NCBI GenBank assembly: GCA_036172245.1
Contig: JAYWIR010000011.1
Span: forward strand, 2,852,001-2,916,000
Direction of reading: 5' to 3'
Length of the DNA stretch: 64,000 bases
DNA from: Raillietiella orientalis
Taxonomy: Eukaryota
The notes beneath the pieces were generated by a model. It was given only the letters and a program-made list of their open reading frames with translations, made no database searches and had not been told where the DNA came from. The stretch's first letter is position 1. Each line of letters begins with the position of its first letter. Shown here one piece after another: positions 28,501-45,398 of this stretch. Position numbers and translations under genes: made by a program.

Positions 28501-31500
28501 ATACATTTTGTTTTTCAGTTATTTGAATTGTCGTTTAAAGGTGTATGTTTTTTTTTTGTGTGTGTGTATTTCAACTTATGTTGTTCCCCACATATAGCTA
28601 AATATTTTGAATTTCAGATCCAAGACATTACTATTGAAGAAACCGAAAACCAAGAAACAAAATCTGCAAAGGATGCTCTTCTTCTATGGTGTCAGATGAA
28701 AACAGCTGGTTATAATAATGTCAATGTTCGCAATTTTACAACTTCTTGGAGAGACGGATTAGCTTTTAATGCTCTTATTCATAAACATCGTCCAGATTTG
28801 ATTCAGTATGACAAGTTGTTCAAAAACAATCCAATGCATAACTTGAACAACGCATTCAATACTGCTGAACAAAAATTGGGAATTACAAAGTTATTAGATG
28901 CTGAAGATGTGTTTGTTGACATTCCTGATGAGAAATCCATTATCACTTATGTTGTAACTTATTATCATTATTTTTCGAAAATGCGTGCAGAGACTGTACA
29001 AGGAAAACGAATTGCCAAAGTAGTTGGAATGGCAAAAGATAACGATAGAATGATACAAGATTATGAAACTTTGACATCAGAATTGTTAAAGTGGATCGAA
29101 GCAACCATAAAAGAATTAGGAAACAGAACATTTGCGAACTCATTAGCTGGAGTGCAGCAACAGCTGGCCCAATTTAATAATTACCGTACCGTAGAAAAAC
29201 CTGTAAAGTAAGTGCTAATTAAAGTGATTCCCAAAGATAATGGGATTTTTCAGATTCATCGAAAAAGGAAATCTGGAAATTCTCTTGTTTACATTGCAGT
29301 CAAAAATGAGAGCCAATAATCAAAAACCATATTTACCTAAGGAGGGAAAAATGATTTCAGATGTAAATAGAGCCTGGGAACGATTAGAAAAGGCTGAGCA
29401 TGGCAGGTACAGTATCCATATCAATAGTGCTGCTATATTTGCTTAATGTTATTCCCTTTTTGAAAATTTTCTTGTTTTTCTTCGTCTAATAAGTCCAACA
29501 GTAAATACACATTGAAAGGAACAAGATTCGGGTTCATTTCTAAAATGTTTAATTTTGTTCGAATTGTAGAGAATTAGCACTGAGAGAGGAATTAATTCGA
29601 CAAGAAAAGTTGGAGCAACTTGCCACCCGTTTTGATCGAAAAGCTGGAATGAGGGAAACTTGGTTGAGCGAAAATCAAAGACTAGTATCCCAGGATAATT
29701 TTGGTTTTGATTTATCAGCAGTAGAAGCTGCTGCCAAAAAGCATGAAGCCATTGAAACTGACATATTTGCATATGAAGAAAGAGTACAAGCTGTTGTAGC
29801 TGTTGCTGCAGAATTAGAGGCAGAAAAATATCATGATATTGATAGAATATTGGCACGCAAGGATAACGTTTTGCGCTTGTGGAGCTACTTGCTAGAACTT
29901 CTGAGAGCAAGACGAATGCGCCTTGAATTATCTTTGCAGCTTCAGCAAAACTTCCAAGAAATGTTGTACATTTTGGATTCCATGGAAGAGCTGAAATTAC
30001 GTTTGCTTTCTGAAGATTATGGAAAGCATTTAATGGGTGTGGAAGATCTGTTACAAAAGCATTTTCTTGTTGAAGCAGATATTAATGTTTTGGGAGAACG
30101 AGTAAAATCTGTGGTCCAGCATTCTCAAAGATTTCTAGATGAAGAGCTGCTTGAAGGATATCGACCTTGTGAACCCAGTGTTGTTGAAGAACGAGTACAA
30201 CAGTTAGAGGTTGGTATCTATGCATGATACTCAGTTGTTATGCCATTTGTAGGAAGCATATGCGGAGTTAGTGAAATTCGCCTTAGAAAGAAGAAATAGA
30301 CTGGAAGAATCAAAGAAACTGTGGCAGTTCTATTGGGATCTGGCAGATGAAGAAAATTGGATAAAAGAAAAAGAACACATTCTTTCAGCTAGTGATATTG
30401 GACATGATTTAACAACAGTTCACTTTTTGTTGGCCAAACAGAAGGTAAAGAGGTTGACTATTATGGTATTAAACTTGGCTTAGGCTTTAGAAGATGAGAT
30501 ATGTAGTCATGAAGTTCAGTTAATGAAGATTATTGCGATTGGTGAAGAACTTATTGAAAAAGGTCATTTTGGCAGTGAAGGAATAGAACATGGAATCAAA
30601 GATATTTTGAACTATTGGAAGCACCTTAAGGATGTTAGTGCACTGAGGCGCAAAAGATTGGCGGATGCGGTGGATTATCATCAAGTAATTATAGCTGATC
30701 ATAAACATTGACGTCATATCATTGCTTTGCTTAGTTTTTCACAGATGCTGCAGATGTTGATGCATACATGTTAGATGTTCTTAGATTAGTTACAAGTGAA
30801 GACGTGGGTAGAGATGAAGCGAACGTACAGTCATTATTAAAGAAACATACTGATGTGACTGATGAACTCAAAACATATATTCATACCATTGAGGGGTTGA
30901 AACAGCAAGCCTCTCAATTGGGTGAACAAGACAGAATAAGTCCTGAAGTACAGGAACGATTGGCAAGCATTGACTCCAGATATAAAGAACTGATGGAATT
31001 CGCAAAGAAAAGGAAACAAAGACTTTTGGATTCACTGTCTTTGCACAAATTATTGAATGAATCCGACGGGGCGGAACAGTGGATTACAGAGAAAAATAAA
31101 ATGCTTCAAACCATGGTGCCATCTCGTGACCTTGAAGATTGTGAAATTCTCAAACACCGTTATGACGGTTTTGAGCAAGAAATGAATGCAAATGCATCAC
31201 GAGTAGCCGAGGTTAACCAGTTAGCAAGGCAACTCTTGCATGTTGAGCATCCAAATTCAGAAGAGATTTTGGCTCGTCAGAATCAGCTCAATCAGAAATG
31301 GGCTAATTTATATGATGCGGCTGAAGCAAAACGAAATGATCTTAATTCTGCTCATGGCGTACAAACGTTTCATATTGAATGCCGTGAGACAATTTCTTGG
31401 ATAGAAGATAAAAAGCGCATTCTTCAGTCCACTGTGGAATTGGATTCTGATCTTGCTGGCATTATGACCCTTCAGGTTAAATACGGATGGCTAGCATTGC

Positions 31501-34500
31501 TATCTTTATTTTTGTCTTCTTATTATAGAGACGCCTTTCTGGTATGGAGAGAGACTTGGCAGCTATTCAGGCCAAACTAGATGCTTTAGAAAATGAAGCA
31601 GATAAAATTGGGGAGGAGCATCCAGAGGAGGCTGAATTGATTCATGATCGAATACAGCAAGTGAATGTAGTCTGGGAACAGCTGACTCATTTGGTAAGTG
31701 ATGCGAAGTTTTCTGTTTGCTTGGACGTATGTTTTGTTTAGCTGAAACAAAAGGATGCCAAGTTAGAAGAAGCTGGAGATCTCCATCGTTTTCTTAGGGA
31801 TCTCGATCACTTCCAGTCGTGGCTATTGAAAACACAAACTGATGTGGCATCAGAGGATATTCCATCTAATTTAGCAGAGGCAGAAAAATTGCTCAGTCAG
31901 CATCATAGTATCAAAGATGAAATCGATAATTATCCAGATGATTACAACAAGATGATGGAGTATGGTGAGCGCTTAACAGCAGTAAGTGCTTGTTTCGGCA
32001 GTACTCTCTAATGCTCACATGACTTATCCAAGGATCCAGCAACTTTTGAAGACCCACAATATATGTTTTTGAGAGAACGATTGAAGGCTTTGAAAGATGG
32101 ATGGGAAGAATTGCATCAGATGTGGGAGAATCGTCAAGAATTGCTCTCTCAGTCATTTAATTTACATATGTTTCTTCGAGATGCCAGACAGGCTGAAGTG
32201 CTTTTGACGAAACAGGAACATTATCTATCCAAGGATGAGTATCCAGCAAATTTGGAACAAGTCGAAAATATGATTAAGCTCCATGAAGCTTTCTTGTCTA
32301 CAATGGCTGCCAATGAAGAGAAAGTTAATGCTGTGTTACAGTTTGCCGATCGTTTAGCTTTGGAGCTATCTCCAGCTGCTGTGGAAAAAGTGCAAAAGAA
32401 AGCTGAGAATATTTTGGAAAGACAAAACACCAACATTCAAAAAGCATATGATCTTAGTGATTGGCTGAGAAGACTGCATGAACTGCATCAATTCTTGCAA
32501 GATTGTGATGAATTGAATGAATGGGTGCAAGAAAAAAAATTGATCAGTCAGGATGACACTTACCGTAGTGCAAAAACCATTCACAGCAAGTGGACCCGCC
32601 ATCAGGCTTTTGAAGCTGAGATTCAAGCTAATAAAGATCGCTTACAGAAAATTAAGAATGCAAGTGTTGACTTGTTAAAAGTCAGACCAGATTTGGCAGA
32701 GCAATTGCTTCCTAAATTAGAGGAATTAGAGGATAATTTTGAAAATCTAGAATTGACTACTAAAGACAAAGGAGAAAAACTCTTTGATGCAAATCGAAAA
32801 GCCCTTTACGAGCAAACATGTGATGATATTGATAGTTGGGTCACAGATCTAGAAAAACAGATAGAAAGTGGTGTACCTGGGCAGGATTTAACTTCTGTCA
32901 ACATATTAATGCAAAAGCAACAAATGATTGAAACTCAAATGGCATTAAAAGCACAACAAGTGCAACAGCTTGAAGTCCAGGCAGAACATTTGCAGCGTAT
33001 GTCACCAGATAAAAGCGATGTGATACAAGGAATGAAGGGGCGTGTAGAAAAGCGTTTTGATCAACTTATTGCACCCTTGAATGAACGCAAAGCCGATTTG
33101 GAAAAGAAAAAAAAAGCATTTCAAGTGAGTTGAATGCTTGACATGTGCAGTGAAATTCGCTTTAGTTTCGTAGAGATGTTGAAGATGAGAAACTGTGGAT
33201 TAATGAAAGAATGCCGCAAGCTACTTCCGAGGAATATGGAAATAATCTTTATCAAGTGCACATGTTAAAGAAACGACATAAGGTGAGCATTGAGAAGCAA
33301 ATTTTTCCTGGTTTGTAAATATATTTTTTAGTCTTTACAAACTGAAATTGACAATCATGAACCTAGATTGGATTCACTTATAGACACAGAGAAGTCACTC
33401 ATTGATGAAGGTCATGAGCATTCCAAAGAATTTGAAGACTTAATCACTGATCTCATTGAAAAGTGGAATGCATTAAAAAAAGCTATGGACAACAGGCAGA
33501 TTAAGTTGGAGACTTCCGGTAAAGCTCAGCAAGTACGTACTAAATGTATATATGACATACCTTTACTTATTTCTGATTACCTGTTTCTAGTATTTCTTTG
33601 ATGCCAATGAAGCTGAGGCATGGATGTCTGAGCAAGAATTGTATATGATGACAGAAGATCGTGGAAAAGACGAATTTTCCGCACAGAATTTGATCAAGAA
33701 GCATGAGCAGATGGAATTGGCGATTGATGCATTTTCTAATGATGTGCGGCAATTGGGCGAAGCAGCCAAACAGCTGATCAGCGTTGACCATCCAGATAGC
33801 AATCAAATTGCTATTCGACAAGCGCAGATTGATAAACTATATGCTGGTTTGAAAGATTTAGCATCAGAGCGTCGCTCGCGTCTAGAAGAATCACAGAAAT
33901 TGTTTTTCTTGAGAAGAGAAGTGGATGATCTCGAACAGTGGATCGCAGAAAAAGAAATTGTAGCTGGTTCTCATGAACTAGGCCAAGATTATGATCATGT
34001 GACGGTAGGTTTTCATTTATTGAATGTGTGTGTTAATGTTAAATAGATGCTCCAAAACCGCTTCCGTGAATTTGCCCATGATACGGAAGCAATTGGTTCA
34101 GAACGAGTTGCCGAAGTTAATAAGATGGCTGACCAACTGATTGCATTGCAACATTCAGATGGAGCTCTGATTGCAGAGTGGAAAGACGGCTTAAACGATC
34201 GTTGGGCAGATTTATTGGAACTCATTGACACTAGGGCACAGATGTTGGCAGCATCTTGGGAATTACATAAATTTTTCCATGATTGCAAGGACATTCTAAG
34301 TCGTATTTTGGAAAAACAGAATTCGATGTCAGATGAACTTGGTCGTGATGCCTTATCCGTAGCAGCTATACAGAAAAAACACCAGAATTTTTGTCAAGAT
34401 TTGCAAACACTCCAGACACATGTGCAGCAGATACAAGATGATTCGGCCAAATTGCAAGCTGCATACGCAGGAGATGAAGCTAAGGAAATAACAAATAGAG

Positions 34501-36640
34501 AGGCTGAAGTTTTATATGCCTGGAGGCATTTGCACATTCTTTGCAATGCACGAAAAAGTAAACTTGCTGATACAGGAGATTTGTTCCGGTTTTTGAGTTT
34601 GGTGCGCAATCTTATGTTATGGATGGATGATATTGTCCGCCAAATGAATACCTCTGAAAAACCCCGTGATGTTAGTGGCGTTGAGATGCTGATGAATAAT
34701 CACACAAGCTTAAAATCTGAAATAGATGCCCGAGAGGATGGCTTTGCAGCATGTGTGGCTTTAGGACGAGAACTCCTGGCCAAGAATCATTATGCATCAG
34801 ATGAAGTGAGTATTGGATCTCTCGGTTTTCCTATTGCCTTTTAGATTAAAGATAAACTTCTAAATCTAACTAATCAACACAGTGAGATGGTACATCGTTG
34901 GGAAGAAAGATGGGAGCATTTGCAGTTGAGTAAGTACTGTGTATTTTTTACTTTGCCAATATTTTTTTTTTATTTAATTTCTTATATTGATTATTTGTTA
35001 CGTGATTAACTGTTGTTGGGTTTAAGTTTTGGAAGTATACCAGTTTGCTCGAGATGCTGCTATAGCAGAAGCATGGCTGATTGCCCAGGAACCTTATTTG
35101 CTTAGTCAAGAATTAGGCGTAAGCATGCTCTGCATCTGTCATTTAATATAAACATTCTTAGCACACTATTGATGAGGTAGAAGCACTCATCAAGAAGCAT
35201 GAAGCATTTGAAAAGTCAGCATTAGCTCAGGAAGAGCGCTTTTTTGCTCTAGAGCGTCTTACAGCTGTGAGTTACTATTTCACACACATGAAAGGATATG
35301 TTTTATATTTCTCTTTTCTAGTTTGAATTAAGAGAATTGAAAAAACGTGAGGATGAAATAAAACGAAAGCAACAGGAGGAATTAGCAAAGTTACAGCAGA
35401 AATCTCAGATACCTGTTACTGAACCAGCAATAACAGATCAGACAGATGCGGCCAAAGTCACAACACCAGAAGCCCAGAGTGTGCCTCTAACACCAAAGGA
35501 CACTACAGCTGAATTAACTCCAGGTATGAATGAATGCATTTAGTTTTGCTTGTGCTTTTTGCTCTAGTCTTTCCCTATTAGGACTAATTTCTAAAGTTAT
35601 GCCACAAGCTGCCTCTCCAGGTACTCAAATGATTTTATCTATGTGTAGTTAGACTTACTATGTTAGTAGTTGCATGTTCCCCTGAATCTTCTGGCCTTGA
35701 GCATGTTCATGAAAGTTTTGAAAGCCCATCCATTGTCCAAGGTAAGCTTATGCACACATTCATTGGTGATGGCAGCTCTGGTGGTACTTAATGATCAACT
35801 TGAAAGTGTAAAGTATCATCCTGTATTCTGGCCCCTCAGCATCACCAACTGCCCTTGAATCACCAAAAAAAATCAAAGATCGCTCTCGATCCAAGTCCCC
35901 ATTCCGCAGTTTTCGTTGGAGGAAATCTAAAACAAAAGTTAAACAGCTTGGTAGTGTCAGTGATGATGATGAAGCCATTGTTGGAGGTAACTGTGATGTG
36001 CAAAAAAAGCTTATCTTTATTTTACAATTTTTTGAGTGCATTTTTGCAACAAGTTGTTTATTGATTATAAAATTAATTTTTCATTTTAATAGAAGTTCCT
36101 GCTGAAGAAATGGAAATTTTAGAAGGTATATTAATCAGAAAACATCAATGGGAGTCTACTACGAAGAAAGCTTCTAATAGGTGATATTTTTGACATTTTC
36201 AATTGTTTAGCATTGTATACTAGATCTTGGGATAAAATTTATGTTGTGGCTCGTGATGGCCATCTGCATTTTTACAAGGATCAGAAAACATATCGCGCAT
36301 CTCCTGAACAGCATTACCACGGAGAACCAGCACTTGACATTTCAGGTGGAAACATTGATGTTGCCACTGACTACATCAAAAAGAAGCATGTCTTTCGTGT
36401 CCGGTAAAAATTGATAATTCTTTACACTAGCTGTTCATGTGAATGTTATGTAGCATGATTAATGGAGGAGAATACTTGTTCCAAGCTAAAGATGACGAAG
36501 AAATGAATTTTTGGTTAAACAGACTGCAGAAAGTTGTGATGCCAGGTGTTCCTGCTGGCAAATTCCATACTTTACCAGCACATACTGAACGGAAAGAAGA
36601 ACACAAGAAACGTGCATTTTTCACTTTGAAAAAAAAATAA
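18800..36640 (+). CDS. beta-Spec: Conventional beta-spectrin (two CH domains, spectrin repeats, PH domain), about 26 coding exons
   Basis: Exon 1 (18800-18932) encodes [44 protein letters not shown]. It splices in phase to 25025-25176 ([19 protein letters not shown]), 28231-28404, 28618-29207 ([17 protein letters not shown]), the spectrin-repeat exons to 35523, and PH exons 36093-36180, 36224-36403 and 36454-36640 ending [11 protein letters not shown]. All junctions are GT-AG and phase-compatible. Confidence 0.98.
26781..26803. repeat. (TTTGG)n microsatellite in beta-spectrin intron 2
   Basis: TTTGGTTTGGTTTGGTTTGGTTT. Confidence 0.85.
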
Positions 36641-38474
36641 TGATTTATTAGTACATCTGTGCTTAGAACTTGCTTCATGTTCATTTGTGCTCAAAACATT
36701 ACATTTGTTAATACTAAACTGCCAGATATTTGTTTTGTATGCCTGTGTAGATTCCTATAGATTCCACATTTAAGTTTCAGGAAGCGAAAAAACTACATAT
36801 TTTCAGAAACTTCCCAGTAATAAAATCAGTTTCCTATAATTTGAGTATTCTGCAGTATGCACATTAAGTTAATGTGTGTATGGATAAGAGACATTAAGCT
36901 CAACAGTGCATTTTGCCTTATGGAGTTTTTTTTTTCCAAAACACACATCCACACACACACGTATTGATGGAAAGAAATTATGAAGGAAACGTAGATAACA
37001 CCTGCCCAATCGATATGAACCACGATGTGCTGTTGGTTTCGTAAATTTGTTAATAAGTTTATTTGAGTGTTTTGCAGTTGCTATTGCAATTGGGAAGGCT
37101 AAGAAAACAAATGTTAAAATAAATTTATGCATGTAGAAGGCTGTTACGAATAGTAAACAAGGATGGATTCTAGTGAACAAATTGGTTTAAAACCATGATT
37201 CGTATGGAAAATGAACGATTATTCACCCCAGAAAATACATTTAAGTACCAGGGGGACACCATGCATTTAGCGTTTTGCTAATAAGCAAAACTGATGAACG
37301 GAGAGTGTGCACACAGCCTTATCAGTAAAAATCTGATGGTCTGCATGCATGTATGCATCTGTAGTGGATTGAGACTTGGCTACTAATTTGGGTCACTTAG
37401 GAAACTTCAGCTTGCAGCTTTCCAGCAACTGGAAACGCCAGATGCACCCAATAAATACCGTAAGAGGTTCTTGATACGTTCATGGAAGCATTTTGGAACA
37501 TGCCAAAGTATTTGTTTAGAATTTATATTGTGGACGTAAGTTAATCGGAAAGCTGTCTCCAGCTGCTAAATATCAAAACAATTGCAAAACTGAAGTCGTG
37601 GCATGATTATCAGTGAATACGACCTCTGACCACAGCTTAAAAAGGCTAATCTAAACTATAGAACCATGTACCTGTAGAAAGCCCCATGAGCCAAGCCGAC
37701 AAGATATTTGCTGGCTCAAAGTTTTAGCAATGGCTTAAATGGAGCATTATTGCCATTAGAAAGTAGCTAGAACCTCTTTTGCAAATGAGTTGGTAGTAGC
37801 ACTTATTCTGTTATGTGATTCTGTTTTTTTCCATGTTATAAGTTGACTGGTCCATATTACACACATAAGACTGTTCGATCGCTCATCACACACAAATTTT
37901 CTTTCCCAGAAAAAAGCATTTAATGCAAGGAACTTGAATTCTAACTGTTAGCAAGCATGTATATTAAACAACTATGTTCAGCACGCAGTTGACTTGCACA
38001 GTCAACAGGCTATCATTCGTCTTTAACTGATGGTTGGCATATCTTTATAAATCACATTCGTATTATGGATTTCAACTAATATTCTTCTTTGTTTTCCCTT
38101 GTGTTTTAGTTTTACAAGGCATTACGGCAGATTTGAGGGCAGAAAAAGTTCATTTTTTCATGACCTAAAAAATTGTTGATTCATGTGTTCATTAGTGCCA
38201 CCACAATTGATTCTTCACACCTGCTACTTTGCTTCACATGCATGAGTGGTTTAATGACCCAACATGAAAATATAAATTGGTATACTACTTAGAATACCAC
38301 TGACATTCCATACATGCTGTAATTTATGTGCTCACTTTTCACCTACCCCTAAATTCCAGCTTCCTGATAAATTTAACAGTGCACCTTATTCCCAATGTGT
38401 AAAAAGCTCAGTAAAAATTCCAAATCCTTTATTAGGTACTTGCAATAATAGTTTTGGTAACAAAACTAGATGAA

Positions 38475-42212
<3,738 letters not shown>

Positions 42213-44553
42213 TTTGCACTTTGTACGCAAAAAACCCAAGTTGCATGTAAATACCACAAATCTGAAAGTTTCTTACAGCTCACCAAAAGACGGCATTGCC
42301 AATTGTCTTCATTTTAATTATTTTTTTATGAAGCATTAGAAACTACTGGGATCATGCACAGAAAGCTGTACTGAACTTCCTTCTCGGTACTGAACTAGTA
42401 CATTCAAGAATTTATTTTGAGACATTAACAGAGAAAACACACCAATTGCTACTGAAAGATTTGAAAATTGAATGATAGCAGTGAAGAGAATAGCCTCCAA
42501 TCGGCGTAAAATCTTTTTAATTTGTGGCATTTATAATTAAAGCTTTTGTTAACTCATGGATCCAAATACCACGCATCAGGATTATAATGATAATTTGTAA
42601 TGAACATCAAAGAAATCAACTGTGAATTACTGATTATTTCCTGACGAATAAAACTGCAGGCGTAAAATGAAAGTTTCATACCACTAAAATTCATTTATAC
42701 TTAACCTAAGCATAAATGATTTTAAGAATACTGAAAGATATATAGTATTAGAACTTATATGCGTCATAGAAAATCAGCACATTTTGCTCCTAAATAAACC
42801 GAAAATTATTCTCAAAGTATCACCCTCGACTTGGTCGTTTCTGCTTACGTAACCAAGACCATGAACTCCATTTTCGTGTGGAAACGAAATTCCAGCTGCA
42901 ATTATATGATTTGTTTCCAGTTTGATAAACCTCCTTTCCACCAAATTCTCATTAACGTTGGAGATTCCCAAGATCGGAAGTTTCTATGCAGTTTACACAT
43001 TTATTTTAATTCCCTAGTTTGTAAGTACAAAATAAGTATTTTCTCCTACAGAATAACTTTATTCAATTCCTTGTTCATGGAATAATTCCTATATTTTTTT
43101 CTTACCACATGACCTGATATATACACTAATTTTTTGTTTCCTGATAAAAAAAGGCGAGATGTGAATCTTCTGATTGGATGTTTAGTTTTCTTTCAAAGAT
43201 TGCTTGATGGATGAATGCATTCTATCACCAAACAAGTCTTCAGATCAAATGGATTTACGCTGATGCAAATGCAATGTTTTAAAGAGAAAACCATTAATGT
43301 GACTACCAGCAATAAAATCTAATACCCATTAACATTAGTAATATCTATTGGGACTTTGAGAAGAAGAATAGTCCTTTTTTCTGACAAATGCATATAAATT
43401 TTAGAATTTCGTAGGAAACATTAGGAATTATGGGTGAAAAAAGTCATGATTAAACTTTTATGAAAATTCCTGGTGCAGTGTTAGCACCTTTTAGCCAATA
43501 TTTTAACTATGGAAAAACTGCGTTTCATATTTGGCTACTTTTATCGATCACTATAGTTTGAAATGTTTGAAACCGCGAGACATAATCTACAAAAATGCTA
43601 TTTCTTTTTCACCGTGTCATTATTCTGCATTCTGATCTGATACTATGAGTGCTCTTAAGGATCCACGTATTATTAAAATCACACTGAAACAGTCTTCCAC
43701 AAAAGTATAAATTAGCAACCACTAACTAATCACCATTTGATTCGAATTTGGTTTCCTGACATGCCCTGGAGTGCTGATAATCTGCTGACTAGTCTGCTCG
43801 TGTTTTTAAAATTGAATTCATGATGAGAAATCCTTCTTTTAACTTAATTGCTGATTTTTATGATCTGCCTCTGATTTAACAGAATTAAGAATCAGTGCTG
43901 ATTTTTGACTTGTTCCGGCATGCATTTTGTTTGAGGTAATCAAGAATGCAGAATAATGTCAGTGAGACTTTCATATGAATGTATTTATGAGTATTTATTC
44001 TGGTTGGAAGACTGTTCGGCAGCTATCATCATCTCCAGTGGCAACTTTCACCCTTTCGCTGACCCAGTGTTTGGACGAATGCTGATCAGCAAGCAGATAT
44101 TTTTCCTGTACATTCCAAGCATTACATCCGTTCTAATACTAGGATACCATATTTAGTAGAAGGATATTGGAGAACTGTAAGGAAGGATCAGACTATGAGA
44201 ACTTGCTATGTTCCTTCTTTTTTTTTAGAATTCAGTAGTTTAATAAACGCATACCTACTTGCTCATCTTGTTTTAGTGCTGATGGATTTCAGCTCCTTGA
44301 TGCCCTTTGGTAAACCCATTTGAATCCAGAACATGACACGCCAGAGCATGTCATGATCAGCATGCTTACATGGTGATTTATTACCATGCTTAACATCGTC
44401 CACCATTTCATCTTAATCAACCTGACTGTCAGTGTTCCTGAGTTCGATCTGTTTTATTGCTTCCTGTCTATCCCTTCCATCATGTGAACATGCTTGTCTA
44501 TGTGTTTCACTTTTTTTCCAGTTGTCGGCTTCACCTCGGACGTGTGGACTCGG

Positions 44554-44602
44554 CAACGGTGATATCAACTTTAAATCCTATTTAAAGTTGATATCACCGT
44601 TG
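44554..44602. repeat. Perfect inverted repeat, 23-bp arms, 3-nt spacer, within a larger shuffled palindrome (44549-44630)
   Basis: CAACGGTGATATCAACTTTAAAT-CCT-ATTTAAAGTTGATATCACCGTTG. Confidence 0.95.
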
Positions 44603-45398
44603 AAAACTTTAAATAGGATTCACTGCCGAGAATCAATTCTTTACGATGTGTAGGGACGAGTCATGTTCTCATGTCATGCTCGTTTTTGAGGGAATTTCTG
44701 ATACAGAGTAAAGGACACGATGACACAACCATAAACGCGTGCGAGGTGTAGATGATTCGTGGTGGCAAATGATTAGTGGAAACAGATACCAAAAAATTCC
44801 CAGTCCATGTTTTGCCGAGACGAATGCTGGATCGAAATGATTCGTGCCATTAGATAATGCTGCAATTGCATTACTTTCCTCTTGGTACTACGAAATTCGA
44901 ACTGCATGAAATTCCAAGTTCGTAAGAAGCAAGAAACTTCAGCCACAACGTCCGTGAAATAAGTGGTTAACAGTGAGGATTCTTCAAAAGTAGCATTTAG
45001 CACAAAACTCCATAAAGGCTCCTCATGCCTGTTACAATTATCCTTTGGTAATAAACTGCAATTTAGCCTACTGTAAATCTTCACATACGAATATGTTTGT
45101 AGGTGCTGGGCAGCAAACTATAAGCCGTATCAATTCATGTAAAAACTTTACAATCTCACAAAACAATGTAAATGAAATCTTATAAACAGTAATTTGGAAG
45201 GAATCTTATCAATTTTGTGGGCAACTGTTTGACTAACAACCATTTAACAGAAAAGAAGGCAAAATGCTTGCAACTTATGAGGGCATGTTCTGCCGTAAAT
45301 GATAGGTAGAAAATAAAATCTGTCTATTTATTTATTTTTTAAAATCTTAGACAGACATAAAACACCGAAAATAGAAAAAAAAAAATAATGATATGAAG

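Noticed and set aside
29449..34609. Antisense ORFs over beta-spectrin exons
   Set aside because: They are shadows of the coding strand with no independent support.
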